From NCBI GenBank assembly GCA_963733295.1, contig CAVTCS010000003.1, positions 1,568,001 to 1,632,000 on the forward strand: 64,000 nt of DNA. The letters run 5' to 3'. Shown piece after piece: positions 49,734 through 62,014 of the stretch; position 1 is the first letter of the stretch; every line of letters starts with the position of its first letter. The stretch is from Vulcanimicrobiota bacterium (GTDB lineage Bacteria > Vulcanimicrobiota > Vulcanimicrobiia > Vulcanimicrobiales > Vulcanimicrobiaceae). Made by a program: the position numbers and the translations under genes. The notes under the pieces are model-generated. The model was not told the origin of the DNA, made no database searches, and worked only from the letters and a program-made list of their open reading frames with translations.

Positions 49734-51272
49734 CTAGATCTCCGCGATCGCAAGCGCATCGAGCGAGCCGCGCCAGTTCGCCGCGAGCTCGTCGGCGTAT
49801 TGACGGCTATCGCCGGCTTTGCCCTCACGAGCGAGCGTGCGCATCAAACCGTACAGCGAGTGTGCGTTGTGCGGGGTTCGAACGAGATCGGATTTGAAGG
49901 CCGCTTCCGCGCCCGGATAGTCGCCGTCCTCGAGCAGGAGCCATCCAAGCCACTCGCCGGCGGGATAGAACCACGGTGCGTACACTTCCGGCGGATTCTG
50001 CGCCATCTCCGGCAGCGCGCCGCGCAACGCAGCCGTCGCCGCAGGGATGTCGCCCTGCAGCGCATCGACTTGGGCCTGAGCCATGCGATGCAGCGGGTCC
50101 AGGAAATCGGGTCGCGTCGAGGATTTGATGGCCGTCTCGAAGGCGGCGAGCGCCGCACGCGCGTCGGAGGGGTTCTTGAGCCCGCAGTACGCGAGGACTC
50201 GCGCGTACGACCACGTCAGGATCGCGTAACCGCGAGTGGGTTTCGGCGTCACCAGAATGTCGTTCCAGCGCCCGAGGCGCGCTTCGATCAGCAACGCCGT
50301 GCCGGCTTCTTGCGCTTGAGCCAGGTCGAGCGCGGTGCCGATTTCGCTCGCGTCGCCGAGCATCAGCGCGCCGCCCGCGTAGAAGTCGAGGTTGTGTTTG
50401 AAGTAGGTAAGTTGGTTCGGCTGCTCGGCGAGCGAAGCGGCATATGCGCGATCGAGTGCGACCGCTTCGCGCTCTTCACGCAACAATTCCGGAAAGAGCC
50501 CGAGATCGAGATCGGTGTGTCCCGCCATGTGCACGAGGTGCGAAGCGGCGGGCTCGACCGGCAAGACGCTGAGCCGGCGCGCGCTCGGCTCGGCACCCTC
50601 GGCCACGACCGGAGCGTCGAGCAGATGCACCAGGTAGTGATTCGCGCCGATGTGATCGGGATTGCGGCGCAACACTGCTTCGAGCGTCGCCACGAGACCT
50701 GCCGTCGCACCGGTCGGCGCCGTGCCGTTCCACCCCCAAGCGTCGACGTCCATCGCGCTTTCGACCGACAGCGCGGCCGCGTCGTCGTCCAACGGAAAAT
50801 CGGCGAAGAGCTTCTGCATCGCATCGCGGTAGGCCAGGTAGGTCGCGTCGGTTTTCCCCTTGGGATCTTTGGGATAGCGGAGTTGCAGCGCTTCGATGTA
50901 GCGCCGTTCCTCGGGTAGGGCCGAGCCTTCGAGCGCCGCTGCACGTTTTAGAGCCGCCTGCGCGACCTCGATATCGCCGGGCGACATTCGCTCGTTGAGG
51001 TTCGGGCCCACCGCAAGCGCGATGCCCCAATACGCCATCGCCAAATTCGGATCGGCCTGCGAGGCGCGTTCGAAGCGCTTGCGCGCCTCCTCGCGATTGA
51101 ACGCGTAGACGAGCGTCAAGCCTTCGTCGAAGAGGCGTTGCGCATTGGCATCGTTCGTGCCGACGGTATGATGCACGAGCGCCGCTTGTGGCGACTCAGG
51201 AATCTGCGCTCGCGCCGCGCAGGGAACGAGAAGCGCGGCACACAGCAGGCTCGCGGTCCCAGCGAGCCTCAA
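49734..51272 (-). CDS. Exported TPR-containing protein
   Basis: Signal peptide; AQ..F..GL...YAFN..EA, MAYWG.A...GPN, HIGANHY..H and HL.HM..H motifs. Confidence 0.8.
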   Translation of the reverse strand: MRLAGTASLLCAALLVPCAARAQIPESPQAALVHHTVGTNDANAQRLFDEGLTLVYAFNREEARKRFERASQADPNLAMAYWGIALAVGPNLNERMSPGDIEVAQAALKRAAALEGSALPEERRYIEALQLRYPKDPKGKTDATYLAYRDAMQKLFADFPLDDDAAALSVESAMDVDAWGWNGTAPTGATAGLVATLEAVLRRNPDHIGANHYLVHLLDAPVVAEGAEPSARRLSVLPVEPAASHLVHMAGHTDLDLGLFPELLREEREAVALDRAYAASLAEQPNQLTYFKHNLDFYAGGALMLGDASEIGTALDLAQAQEAGTALLIEARLGRWNDILVTPKPTRGYAILTWSYARVLAYCGLKNPSDARAALAAFETAIKSSTRPDFLDPLHRMAQAQVDALQGDIPAATAALRGALPEMAQNPPEVYAPWFYPAGEWLGWLLLEDGDYPGAEAAFKSDLVRTPHNAHSLYGLMRTLAREGKAGDSRQYADELAANWRGSLDALAIAEI

Positions 51273-51799
51273 ACGACTTCCACCACGATGTCTTCGTTCG
51301 TGTAGATGTCGATCGAGGATGCAACCTTGAGCGCTTCGCGCGCGATCGACTCGGCGTCGAGCGAGCTGTGCCGCAGCAGCGCCACCGCCGCCGCTTGCGC
51401 GTAGGGACCTCCGCTGCCGATCGCGGCGATTCCCTCGTCGGGCTCGATCACGTCGCCCGTCCCGCTGAGCACGAACAGATGCTCGGCGGTGCCGACCACG
51501 AGGAGTGCCTCGAGCCTGCGCAGCGCGCGGTCTTGGCGCCAGTCCTTAGCGAGTTCGACCGCGGCGCGCACGATGTTGCCTTTATACTCCGAGAGCTTGC
51601 CTTCGAATTTCTCCAGCAGCGTGATTCCGTCCGCGGCCGACCCGGCGAAACCGGCGAGCACCTTGCCTTCGGCGATGCGCCGCACCTTGCGCGCACCGTG
51701 CTTCATGATCGTTTTGTCGAAGGTCACTTGTCCGTCGCCGGCCAGCGCCAGCTTTCCGTCCTTGCGGACGGCGAGAATCGTGGTCGAGCGAATTCGCAT
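51269..51799 (-). CDS. hslV: ATP-dependent protease subunit HslV
   Basis: TTILAV, GDGQVT, GFAG..AD, LRRLEA, IGSGG and IYTN motifs. Confidence 0.97.
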   Translation of the reverse strand: MRIRSTTILAVRKDGKLALAGDGQVTFDKTIMKHGARKVRRIAEGKVLAGFAGSAADGITLLEKFEGKLSEYKGNIVRAAVELAKDWRQDRALRRLEALLVVGTAEHLFVLSGTGDVIEPDEGIAAIGSGGPYAQAAAVALLRHSSLDAESIAREALKVASSIDIYTNEDIVVEVV

Positions 51800-51866
51800 C
51801 AAGCCGCTGTATCCGCCGAGGCGACCGGTGTTTCTTGCCGGAGCGGCCGGCGCGACGTTTCGGGTC

Positions 51867-53231
51867 CTAGGCCGGTGCCGGAACGCGCCGCCAAGCTTCG
51901 AGCGCGGTCAGCGCCCGCTCCGCCATTGCCCGCCGGCGCTCGCGTTTGTCGCGCGGCGCACCCGGCAGCGGCGGGAAAAACGCCCAACTCACGTTGGCCG
52001 GCTGGAAATCCGCGCTGGCCGCATTCTGCAAGTGTCCGACGACCGCGGCGAGCGCGGTGCCGGCGGGAACCGCAGCGGCCGATTCGCCGCGCAAAACCGC
52101 GGCTGCCGAGCGCGCCGCGATGAGGCCGCACGCCGCCGCTTCGACGTAGCCCTCGGCACCGGTGATTTGCCCTGCGAACCAAGTTCGTTCGAAACCCCGC
52201 AGACGCAGATCGTGCGTCAAGAAGCGCGGAGCGTCGATGAACGAGTTGCGGTGCATGACGCCGAGCCGTAACCACTCCGCCGATTCGAGTCCCGGAAGTT
52301 TACCGAATGCCTCTTTTTGGGCAGGCCAGGTCAAGCGGGTCTGAAACCCGACGAGGTTGTAGGCGCTGCCCTCGAGGTTCTCTTTGCGCAGCTGCACGAC
52401 CGCATGCGGGATCGCTCCCGTGCGCGGGTCGCGCAGGCCGACCGGCTTGAGCGGCCCGTATCGCAGCGTCTCGTCACCGCGCGCCGCCAGCTCCTCGATT
52501 GGCAGACAGCCTTCGAAGTACGGAACCTTACCGTCCGCGGCGTCCCGTTCGAACTCTTTGGGCTCCGCTTTGGGTAACTCACGCAGATCGTGCACGAAGG
52601 CCGCGTACTGCGCGCGATCGAGCGGAATGTTGAGATAGTCTTCGCCCGGGCCTTTGTCGTAACGCGATTTCGCGTACATCCGGTCCCGCTCGATGGAGTC
52701 GGCTGCGACGATCGGCGACGCCGCGTCGTAGTAGTGCAAACGGGGACGGCTCGAACCTTCTTCGGCCGGGACGCGCGCGAGCAGCGCGTCGATCGCTTGG
52801 GAAAGCGCTTGCGAGGGTAGCGGTCCGCAGGCGACGATCGTCGGCTGCAACGTATCGATCGCGCGGACTTCCTCGCGCAGGATGCGGATGCGCGGGTGCG
52901 CCCCCAGACGCGACTCGACTTCGGCCGCGAAGCGCAACCGGTCGACGGCGAGCGCGCCGCCCGCCGGGACCGCGCAGTTCCGCGCGGAGCTCACGATCAA
53001 CGAATCGAGGCGCGCGAGCTCTTCCTTGAGCAAGCCGACGGCGTTTTCGAGCGCCGCCCCGCGCAGCGAGTTACTGCAAACCAGTTCCGCTAAAGCGTCG
53101 CTCTGATGCGCCGGTCCGCGCCGGTGCGGACGCATCTCGATCAGTTCGACGTCGAGCCCGCATTCGGCCGCCTGCCACGCCGCTTCGCATCCGGCGAGAC
53201 CCCCGCCGACGATCCGAAGCAGCGCGCTCAC
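51867..53231 (-). CDS. trmFO: tRNA (uracil-5)-methyltransferase TrmFO
   Basis: [29 protein letters not shown] and AGQITG.EGY motifs. Confidence 0.96.
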   Translation of the reverse strand: MSALLRIVGGGLAGCEAAWQAAECGLDVELIEMRPHRRGPAHQSDALAELVCSNSLRGAALENAVGLLKEELARLDSLIVSSARNCAVPAGGALAVDRLRFAAEVESRLGAHPRIRILREEVRAIDTLQPTIVACGPLPSQALSQAIDALLARVPAEEGSSRPRLHYYDAASPIVAADSIERDRMYAKSRYDKGPGEDYLNIPLDRAQYAAFVHDLRELPKAEPKEFERDAADGKVPYFEGCLPIEELAARGDETLRYGPLKPVGLRDPRTGAIPHAVVQLRKENLEGSAYNLVGFQTRLTWPAQKEAFGKLPGLESAEWLRLGVMHRNSFIDAPRFLTHDLRLRGFERTWFAGQITGAEGYVEAAACGLIAARSAAAVLRGESAAAVPAGTALAAVVGHLQNAASADFQPANVSWAFFPPLPGAPRDKRERRRAMAERALTALEAWRRVPAPA

Positions 53232-55378
53232 GCTCCGACCTGTTGCGGTTCCGTTTCAGGCGCTTCGCCGATCGCGCCGGTGTCGTGCGTCTTGTCGGCG
53301 TGGCACTCGAAGGTCAACACCCCGCGCTTCGACTTCGCGACGACGTAGCTGCCGCAGACCGGACACGGCTCGGGAACGACGCGATCCCATGACACGAAGT
53401 CGCAGGCGGGGTAGTTCGCGCAACCGTAAAACGTGCGGCCGCGGCGCGAGCGCCGCTCGACGACCTTCCCGCCGTCTTTGGGGCAAAGCGCGCCCGTCTC
53501 TTTCAGGATCGGCTTCGTCGTCTTGCACTCGGGATAGCCCGTGCACGAGATGAAGCGCCCGAAGCGCCCGGTCTTGATGACCATCGGCAGCCCGCACTTT
53601 TCGCAGACCTCGTCGGTCGGCTCGTCTTTGATCTCGAGCTTGGGGAGTTTGCGTTCGGCTTCTTCGAGATCGTGTTCGAAGGGCCCGTAGAAGGCGCGCA
53701 GCACGTCGACCCAGTCCATCTTCTGGTCTTCGACCTGGTCGAGTTCGCCTTCCATCTTCGCCGTGTAGCGCAGGTCCATGATGCCGGTGAAGTGCTCTTG
53801 GAGCAGGTCGTTGACGGCAATTCCGATCTCGGTCGGGTGGAACCGGCGCTCGATCTGCTCGACGTAGCGCCGGGTCTGGATCGTCTCCACGATCGAGCTA
53901 TAGGTCGAGGGCCGGCCGATGCCGTTTTCCTCGAGCGATTTCACGAGCGAGGCTTCGGTGAAACGCGGCGGCGGTTCGGTAAAGTGCTGCTTGGACTCGA
54001 TCGACTTCTTGTCGAGCCCGTCGCCTGCGGCGAGCTGGGGAAGCGGGATGCGCGAAGCCTTGCCGTTCTTCGGGGCGGCGGCGTCGGCCATGTCGTCGTC
54101 CTTGCCCTCTTCGTAGACGGCGGTGTAGCCGGCAAACTTCAGCACGCTTCCGGTGGCGCGGAACAGATACCGGGCGTTACCGCGCAGCGGTCTGGCTGCG
54201 ATGTCGACCGAGGTTTGGTCGTAGACCGCGGCAGCCATCTGCGAGGCGACGAAACGTTCCCAGATCAGTTGATACAGCCGAAGCTCGTCACGTTTGAGCA
54301 CGCCGGCCAAGGATGCCGGCGTGCGCCGAAGGTCGGTCGGGCGGATCGCCTCGTGTGCGTCCTGTGCGCCCTCGCGCACTTTGTGCGTGCGCGGCCCGTG
54401 ATACGCGACACCATAGGTCTGCTCGATGAAGCTTTTCGCGGCGTCGCGCGCGCTGTCGGCGATACGCGTCGAGTCGGTGCGCATGTAGGTGATGAGGCCC
54501 TGAGTCCCCTCGGTCCCGAGATCGACGCCCTCGTACAGCGCCTGGGCGACCTGCATCGCTTTGCGGACGCGGAAGCGCAGCTTACGCGAGGCTTCCTGTT
54601 GCAAGGTCGAGGTCGTGAACGGCGCGGCCGGGTTGCGGCGCGTTTCGCGCTGCTTGACCGCCGCAACCTCGAAGCTCGCCCCTTCCAAATCGGCCAGGAT
54701 TTGATCGGCCCTGCCGCCATTGCCGATCTCGGCCTTCTCGCCGTCGACCTCGCTGAGGTCGGCGGGAAAGACCAGTTCGTCGCCCGGCTTTTGAAACTGT
54801 GCGCCGATCGTCCAGTATTCGCGCGGAACGAAGCGCTCGATCTCGCGCTCGCGGTCGACGATCAGCTTGACCGCGACCGATTGCACCCTCCCGGCGGAGA
54901 GCCCGCCGCGCACCTTCGCCCACAGCAAGGGCGAGATCTTATAGCCGACGAGACGGTCGAGAATCCGGCGCGCCTGCTGCGCGTTCACCCGGTCCATGTC
55001 GATCGAATGCGGTTCCGCCAGCGCTTTGAGCGCGGCATCCTTGGTGATCTCGTGGAGTTCGATGCGCTTGGGGTTTTCGAGCTTGAGGAGTTCGGCCAGG
55101 TGCCACGCGATCGCTTCGCCTTCGCGGTCGGGGTCCGTCGCCAGGTAGACGTCGGTCGCCGATTTGGCCGCGCTGCGGAGCTCTTTGATGACGTCGCCCT
55201 TCCCTTTAATAGTCAAGTAGCGCGGGGCGAAATCGTGCTCGACGTCGACGCCGAGCGTGCTTTTCGGGAGGTCGCGGACGTGCCCGACGGAGGCCTTTAC
55301 GACGTACCGGGGCGGCAAGAACTTCTTGATCGTACGCGCTTTCGTCGGCGATTCGACGATGATCAGCGGCTTTTTCAA
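53228..55378 (-). CDS. topA: DNA topoisomerase I
   Basis: IVESPTKA, DPDREGEAI, SAGRVQS, ITYMRTDS and C-terminal zinc ribbons. Confidence 0.97.
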   Translation of the reverse strand: MKKPLIIVESPTKARTIKKFLPPRYVVKASVGHVRDLPKSTLGVDVEHDFAPRYLTIKGKGDVIKELRSAAKSATDVYLATDPDREGEAIAWHLAELLKLENPKRIELHEITKDAALKALAEPHSIDMDRVNAQQARRILDRLVGYKISPLLWAKVRGGLSAGRVQSVAVKLIVDREREIERFVPREYWTIGAQFQKPGDELVFPADLSEVDGEKAEIGNGGRADQILADLEGASFEVAAVKQRETRRNPAAPFTTSTLQQEASRKLRFRVRKAMQVAQALYEGVDLGTEGTQGLITYMRTDSTRIADSARDAAKSFIEQTYGVAYHGPRTHKVREGAQDAHEAIRPTDLRRTPASLAGVLKRDELRLYQLIWERFVASQMAAAVYDQTSVDIAARPLRGNARYLFRATGSVLKFAGYTAVYEEGKDDDMADAAAPKNGKASRIPLPQLAAGDGLDKKSIESKQHFTEPPPRFTEASLVKSLEENGIGRPSTYSSIVETIQTRRYVEQIERRFHPTEIGIAVNDLLQEHFTGIMDLRYTAKMEGELDQVEDQKMDWVDVLRAFYGPFEHDLEEAERKLPKLEIKDEPTDEVCEKCGLPMVIKTGRFGRFISCTGYPECKTTKPILKETGALCPKDGGKVVERRSRRGRTFYGCANYPACDFVSWDRVVPEPCPVCGSYVVAKSKRGVLTFECHADKTHDTGAIGEAPETEPQQVGA

Positions 55379-55521
55379 ACTCTCCTCAGTTCGCCCCCCG
55401 GGGGTCCCGACGGCTTGGCGAAAACGCCCTTAGTATAGCGCCGCCGTCAAGCCCGGCGCAAAAAACGGCGCCGGCAACGTGCCCGCGAGTCACGTTTTCG
55501 CACGCGCGCAACGCGCAAATG

Positions 55522-55550
55522 TTGCATAAATTCGTGATGCAGTATAAGAT
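55522..55550 (+). promoter_or_regulatory. Putative sigma70 promoter of the histone-like gene
   Basis: TTGCAT-17 nt-TAAGAT in an AT-rich patch. Confidence 0.55.
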
Positions 55551-55621
55551 GCACACAAAGACGTCGGCAGCGAGTCGGCGTTCGCACATTTCCGATCGCC
55601 CATGCGGGCGAGGAGGGATTC

Positions 55622-55927
55622 TTGGAGCCAGAAAACACCGACCACGAAGAGGCGATCGAGGGGCTACGAAAAGCCGTCCGGCGCAGAATCGTCCGTAAAG
55701 CCGTTCGTCGCAAGGTGGCTAAGAAGGCTATCCGCAGAAAGGTCGTCAAGAAGGCCGTTCGCAGGAAGGCCGTCAAGAAGGCCGTTCGCAGGAAGGTCGT
55801 CAAGAAGGCCGTTCGCCGAAAGGTCGTCAAGAAGGCCGTCCGCAGAAAGGCCGTCAAGAAGGCCGTTCGCCGCAAGGCCGTCAAGAAGGCCGTTCGCCGC
55901 AAGGGCCGCCGCAAGAAGAAATCCTAG
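55622..55927 (+). CDS. Histone-H1-like Lys/Arg-rich repeat protein
   Basis: GAGGAGG site before TTG; acidic 14-aa N-terminus, then KAVRRK(V/A)VK repeats; own terminator. Confidence 0.8.
   Translation: MEPENTDHEEAIEGLRKAVRRRIVRKAVRRKVAKKAIRRKVVKKAVRRKAVKKAVRRKVVKKAVRRKVVKKAVRRKAVKKAVRRKAVKKAVRRKGRRKKKS
55670..55903 (+). repeat. 27-bp coding tandem repeat (about 8.7 copies)
   Basis: Unit approximately AAGGCCGTTCGCMGVAAGGYCGTCAAG, with mostly synonymous variation between copies. Confidence 0.9.
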
Positions 55928-55950
55928 TCCCGGGAAGCGGATTCCGTGAG

Positions 55951-55979
55951 GAGCGATCGCGACAGCGGTCGCTCTTTTT

Positions 55980-55981
<2 letters not shown>
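55951..55981 (+). terminator. Intrinsic terminator
   Basis: Stem GAGCGATCGC/GCGGTCGCTC followed by a run of 7 T. Confidence 0.85.
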
Positions 55982-57025
<1,044 letters not shown>

Positions 57026-57029
<4 letters not shown>

Positions 57030-58084
57030 GCCGGGATCACCGCGTCAAGCGATGCTCCGGCTTCCGAATCCGGGATCTTGGGGGCGGAGACGACCTTGAG
57101 CGTGCGCTCGGATTCCGTGGCCGCGTCGTACAAAAAGCAGCGCGCGATGTGACCCGTTCCGAAATCGTAGAGCGGTACGGGCTTGTCGCAGACGGGCATC
57201 CGGTATTTGCAGCGCGGCGCGAAGGCGCAGCCGGGCGGCAACCGTAGTAGGTTCGGCGGCTGACCTTCGATCGGCACGAGGCGCCCGCGCGAGCTCTCGT
57301 CGAGCCGCGGCAACGAGGCCAGCAAACCCATCGTGTAGGGATGCTTCGGCGCCGAGAAAATCTGCTCGGCGGTTCCATATTCGACCAGATTTCCCGCGTA
57401 CATCACGAGGACGTACTGACAAGTCTCGGCGACGACGCCCAAGTCGTGCGTGATCATGATGATCGCCGACCCCAAACGCGCCTGCATCTCGTTCATCAAG
57501 TCGAGGATTTGCGCCTGAATCGTCACGTCGAGAGCGGTCGTCGGCTCGTCCGCGATCAGCACCTCGGGATCGCACGATAGGGCCATCGCGATCATGACGC
57601 GCTGGCGCATGCCTCCCGAGAGCTGGTGCGGATACTCGTTGACGCGCTTCTCGGGCAAGGGGATGCGAACGACCCTGAGCATGTCGATCGTCTTGGCGAG
57701 CGCGTCGCGTTTGTTAAGTTTCAGGTGCAGCCGGACGGCCTCTGAGATCTGATCGCCGACCGTCAAGACCGGATTGAGCGAGGTCATCGGGTCTTGGAAA
57801 ATCATCGCGACGTCTTTGCCGCGAATCTTGCGCATCTCGGGCTCGCTCTTGGCAAGCAGATTCTCGCCGCGCAGCGTGATCGTGCCGCTCTCGATCCGGC
57901 CGGGCGGGGTCGGGATCAGGCGCATGATCGAGAGCGCGTTGACCGATTTTCCAGATCCCGATTCGCCGACGATGCCGAGCGTCGAGCCGGCCTCGACCGA
58001 ATACGATAAACCGTTGACCGCACTCACGGGGCCATCGTCGGTCCTAAAACGGACCCGGAGATTCTTGACCTCGAGAAGTGCCAA
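57026..58084 (-). CDS. oppD: Oligopeptide/dipeptide ABC transporter ATP-binding protein (OppD/DppD-like)
   Basis: [25 protein letters not shown] and GCAFAPRC motifs. Confidence 0.88.
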
Positions 58085-58135
58085 GCCGGCCGCTCCTACC
58101 GTCCGGCCCCGTCGCTCGGCGTGGAAACTAGCACA

Positions 58136-58540
58136 CTAGATGCCGCTCAAGCTGACGATGAGTCCGAAAAAGACGAAGCCGATCGCGACGATGCTCGTTA
58201 TGCGCTGCAGTTGCTGGTCGAACCCCAAACGCGGGCGATAGGCTGCCTCGACGCGCCCGCCGATGGTGCCGGTTAGACCCTCTTGCTTCGTCGTCTGAAT
58301 CGCCAAGAGCACGACCAGGGAGACCGCGCAGATCAAGAACCCGGCGGCAAAAGTGTGAGTCAACCACGGAAAATTGCGGGCGAGTGCCGATGAGGGGTGC
58401 TGCAAATTCTGGATCTGCTGCAGCAACGCCGGCGAAAGGGTCGCGGCCGGATTGGGTACTCCATGGCTCGCCGGAATCGGTAAGCTCGGCAAGCTCGGTG
58501 GAGCCGCCGTGGCGGCGGCAAGAAGCGAAGCGAAACTCAT
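58136..58540 (-). CDS. secG: Preprotein translocase subunit SecG with N-terminal extension
   Basis: Transmembrane helix, then Q..K..GL.G.IGG loop, L.RIT and a second helix: the SecG pattern. Confidence 0.8.
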   Translation of the reverse strand: MSFASLLAAATAAPPSLPSLPIPASHGVPNPAATLSPALLQQIQNLQHPSSALARNFPWLTHTFAAGFLICAVSLVVLLAIQTTKQEGLTGTIGGRVEAAYRPRLGFDQQLQRITSIVAIGFVFFGLIVSLSGI

Positions 58541-58589
58541 CACGATGATAGGAACGATCTTCTCATGACAATCGGCGCCTGTTCGACGC

Positions 58590-60476
58590 CTAGCGGACCG
58601 ATGCCGCTTCCTGAAAAGCCCTGATCCGGGCCGCCAGGCTCTCGCCCGAAAGTCCGAAGGTGGCTCGCTGCTGAGGCTGCTTGTCATGCTGGATGAGCAC
58701 GTGGGGAACGCCGATCCGCATGATCGAAACGCCGAGGTCCCGGTCTGAGGCGAACTCGACGACCGCCGAGCCGAAGCCGCCGGCCAGCGAGTGTTCTTCA
58801 AGCGTGATGAAGCGCTTGTGCGTGGGGGCCAACTCGAGCAGCAGCGCTTCGTCGAGCGGACGCACGAAGCGCATGTTGACCACCGTCGGGCGCGGAGCGT
58901 CGGCCGGCAGCAGGTCGTAAGCGTCGAGCGCGACGTCGCACGTATTACCCAGCGCGAGCAGCGCGATACCCTCGCCGCGGCGCAGGACCTCCGCGCGACC
59001 GTGCACGATCGGAGCGGGCGGCTCGAGGTGTTTTCCGTTCGAGTTTCCGCGCGGATAGCGCAGCGCGACCGGCGCACCGAGGCTGAGCGCGTGCTCGAGC
59101 ATCGGCCCGACCTCGTCCTCGATGCGGGGAGCCATGATCGTCATGTGCGGCAGCGTCCGCAGATAGGCGATGTCGTAAAGACCCATGTGGGTAGGACCGT
59201 CGTCGCCGGCGAAGCCGGCGCGATCCATCGCAAAGACCACCGGCAAATTTTGGACCACGACGTCGTGCACGACCTGATCGTAGGCGCGCTGCAAGAAGGT
59301 CGAGTAGATCGCGACGACCGGCTTGATTCCCGCCGTTGCGGTCCCGGCCGCGAAGCACACCGCGTGCGCTTCGGCGATGCCCACGTCGAAGTAGCGGTCC
59401 GGATGCTTCTTGGCGAACTTGGAGAGCTTCGTGCCGTCCGGCATCGCGGCGGTAATTCCGATGACGCTCTTGTCGCGGTCGGCGATCGCGGTTAGCGCTT
59501 CACCGAAAGCGTCTGAAAACGTCGGGCGCGTGCCGGCGGTGAAAACGATCTTGCCGTTTTCCAGCTCGAACGGACCGCAGCCGTGGAAGGTCCGCTTATC
59601 GAGCTCGGCCGGCTCGAAGCCTTTGCCTTTGACGGTCTTGACGTGCAGCAGCACGGGGCCGGGGATCTTGCGTGCGTTGGAGATCACGTCGACGAGCACG
59701 TCGAAATCGTGTCCGTCGATCGGCCCGACGTAGCGGAAACCCATCTCCTCGAAGATCACGGCCGCTTTCGGCTCGCTCGAGGTGAAGCGCATCGCGGCTT
59801 CTTCCCACGTCGAAAGCGCCTTGCGCGCGGTATCCCCGAAGGGAACGCGCTCCAGCAGACCCTTCGTTTTTTCGCGCGCGAAGTTGAAGAGCGGCTTCGA
59901 TCGCAGCGTTCCGAGGTACTTGTCGATCGCACCCACGTTGGGAGCGATCGACATCTCGTTGTCGTTGAGGATGACGAGAAAGTTACTCTTGAGCTGGCCC
60001 GCGTTGTTGATCGCTTCGTAGGCCAAGCCGCCGGTGAGCGCACCGTCGCCGATGATCGCGACGACGGTCTCGTTGCTGCCGGCCAGATCGCGCGCCTGCG
60101 CCATGCCCAGCGCCGCCGAGATCGACGTCGAGGCGTGACCCGCGCCGAACACGTCGTACTCCGACTCGCTGCGCATCGCGAAGCCGGAAAGACCGCCGCC
60201 CTTGCGAATCGTCATGATCCGGTCGTACCGGCCGGTCAGCATCTTGTGCACGTAGACCTGATGACTGACGTCCCACACGATGCGGTCGCGCGGGCTGTTG
60301 AGCACGCGATGCAGGGCCAGCGTCAGCTCGACGACGCCGAGGTTCGGCGCAAGATGACCGCCGTTCTTCGCGCACGCGTCCACCAGCACTTCGCGGATCT
60401 CTCCCGCGAGAACGTTGATGTCGGCGCGCGAGAGCTTCTTGATGTCCTTGGGCGACTTGATCCGCTCGATAACCAT
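58590..60476 (-). CDS. dxs: 1-deoxy-D-xylulose-5-phosphate synthase
   Basis: GGHLAPNLG, GHASTSIS, GDGALTGG, YSTFLQRAYDQ and DG.TH motifs; AAGGAG ribosome site. Confidence 0.97.
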   Translation of the reverse strand: MVIERIKSPKDIKKLSRADINVLAGEIREVLVDACAKNGGHLAPNLGVVELTLALHRVLNSPRDRIVWDVSHQVYVHKMLTGRYDRIMTIRKGGGLSGFAMRSESEYDVFGAGHASTSISAALGMAQARDLAGSNETVVAIIGDGALTGGLAYEAINNAGQLKSNFLVILNDNEMSIAPNVGAIDKYLGTLRSKPLFNFAREKTKGLLERVPFGDTARKALSTWEEAAMRFTSSEPKAAVIFEEMGFRYVGPIDGHDFDVLVDVISNARKIPGPVLLHVKTVKGKGFEPAELDKRTFHGCGPFELENGKIVFTAGTRPTFSDAFGEALTAIADRDKSVIGITAAMPDGTKLSKFAKKHPDRYFDVGIAEAHAVCFAAGTATAGIKPVVAIYSTFLQRAYDQVVHDVVVQNLPVVFAMDRAGFAGDDGPTHMGLYDIAYLRTLPHMTIMAPRIEDEVGPMLEHALSLGAPVALRYPRGNSNGKHLEPPAPIVHGRAEVLRRGEGIALLALGNTCDVALDAYDLLPADAPRPTVVNMRFVRPLDEALLLELAPTHKRFITLEEHSLAGGFGSAVVEFASDRDLGVSIMRIGVPHVLIQHDKQPQQRATFGLSGESLAARIRAFQEAASVR

Positions 60477-60580
60477 TGGGGCTCCTTTAGACGGCCACCA
60501 CGCCTTTTCCCCATGCGGCGCGAGGCGCTTCGCCCCACCCGACAAGGGTCGCCGGCGTGGCCCGCAGCACACAAAAGCCG

Positions 60581-61222
60581 ATGTCGCTCCGTCCCGTACC
60601 GCGCGTAGTCCCCATCCCGCTAAGCCGCCGGCGCCGGGTGCTGACCGACTTGGCGCGCATCGTCTCTACCATCTTTAACCCGTTCCTAACCGCGCTCGCC
60701 CTGTTCGTGATCCTGGCGCACGCCTCGGCGGCCGACACCGCCGGCTTTTGGCGGATGTTGTTCCTGTGCACCTTCTTCACTTCGATCGGACCGATGCTGT
60801 ACGTCTTGTGGCTCTATGCCACCGATCGCATCGCCGACCTCGACATGTCGGTCCGCGGCGAACGGGAAAAGGTCTTCTTCACCTTCGTTCTCTTCTACGC
60901 CCTGGGCTCGCTCACGCTCTGGCTGGTGCACGCTCCGGCGGTCCTCGTCGCGACGATGTCGGCGTACACGATCGCGGCGCTCGTCGTGCAGTACATCACT
61001 CGTTACTGGAAGATCTCGACTCACGCGTTGGGAATTACCGCGCCGCTCGTCGGGTTGACCTACCTGTACGGACAGCAGCCGCTGCCGTTCTTGGTCCTGA
61101 TCCCACTCGTCGGCTGGTCGCGCGTCTATCTGCGCGCGCATACGATCCTTCAGGTGCTGGCCGGAATGGTTCTCGGGCTGCTCTCGGTGCTCGCCTTCTA
61201 TCACGCGTTCCGCTTGATGTAA
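60581..61222 (+). CDS. PAP2-superfamily membrane protein
   Basis: Multiple transmembrane helices; KISTH and WSRVYL..HT..QV..G motifs. Confidence 0.8.
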   Translation: MSLRPVPRVVPIPLSRRRRVLTDLARIVSTIFNPFLTALALFVILAHASAADTAGFWRMLFLCTFFTSIGPMLYVLWLYATDRIADLDMSVRGEREKVFFTFVLFYALGSLTLWLVHAPAVLVATMSAYTIAALVVQYITRYWKISTHALGITAPLVGLTYLYGQQPLPFLVLIPLVGWSRVYLRAHTILQVLAGMVLGLLSVLAFYHAFRLM

Positions 61223-62013
61223 GGGTCCGGACGCCTCGCCGCAGCAGGCAAAGCGACGATCTCGTCATACCGGCCGAGCGGACCCACGAGCGCTTCGAGG
61301 GCGCGTTGCAAGGGCTCGAGCGGACCAGTCGTGACGTAGCGCGTGCGGCCGCTGCCGCGCAGTTTCGCGGAACGCGCGAAGGTTTCGACGCGTCGCGCTT
61401 GGCTCTCGGCGGGATCGATGCGGATGACGTTCGGGCCGAACACCGCTGCGAAGTGTTCGTCGAGGAGAGGGTAGTGGGTGCAAGCCAACACCAGCGCGTC
61501 GAGCGGGTTCGCGAACGCGGCCAGGGTGGCGACGACGGCGGCGCGGGGTTCGGGGCCCGAAAGCTTTTGCGCTTCGACGAGCGGAACGAGAGCTGGAGCG
61601 GCTACCTCTTGGACGTCGAGCCCGGCGGAAATGCGGCGGATCGCGTTCCCGTAAGCGCCGGAGTTCGTGGTTGCAGTCGTCGCCAGGACGCCGATACGTT
61701 GCGCGCCGGTCCGCGCGACGGCTTCGGCGGCGGCTTCGATCAAGTCGAAGATCGGAACGCCGGCAGGCGGCCAGCCGAATTGCGCGGCGATCGCACAGGA
61801 GGTGTTGCAGCCCATGACGATGCCCGAAACACGCTCAGCGTCGAGGTAACCGATGTTGGCCCGGAGCAGCTGCGCGAGGTCTTCGTTCGTGCGGTCGCCA
61901 TACGGGACGTGGGCTTGATCGGCGAGATAGACGAGGTCGATGTCGGGCAAGCGTGCGCGCAGGCTGCGTAAGACCGTGAGGCCGCCGAGCCCCGAGTCAA
62001 AGATCCCGAGGAT
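61201..62013 (-). CDS. murI: Glutamate racemase (apparent ATC start)
   Basis: GIFDSGLGGLTV, PYG, GCNTS and LACTHYP motifs. Confidence 0.93.
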   Translation of the reverse strand: MLGIFDSGLGGLTVLRSLRARLPDIDLVYLADQAHVPYGDRTNEDLAQLLRANIGYLDAERVSGIVMGCNTSCAIAAQFGWPPAGVPIFDLIEAAAEAVARTGAQRIGVLATTATTNSGAYGNAIRRISAGLDVQEVAAPALVPLVEAQKLSGPEPRAAVVATLAAFANPLDALVLACTHYPLLDEHFAAVFGPNVIRIDPAESQARRVETFARSAKLRGSGRTRYVTTGPLEPLQRALEALVGPLGRYDEIVALPAAARRPDPYIKRNA

Positions 62014-62014
62014 G

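Noticed and set aside
55670..55903. Tandem repeat as a possible CRISPR array
   Set aside because: The 27-bp units are contiguous with no spacers, stay in frame and vary mostly at synonymous positions; no cas genes are present.
60477..60580. Possible structured RNA or TPP riboswitch upstream of dxs
   Set aside because: Some pairing is possible, but the TPP consensus (CUGAGA, ACCUG) is absent, the gap must also hold two promoters, and GC-rich DNA pairs by chance.
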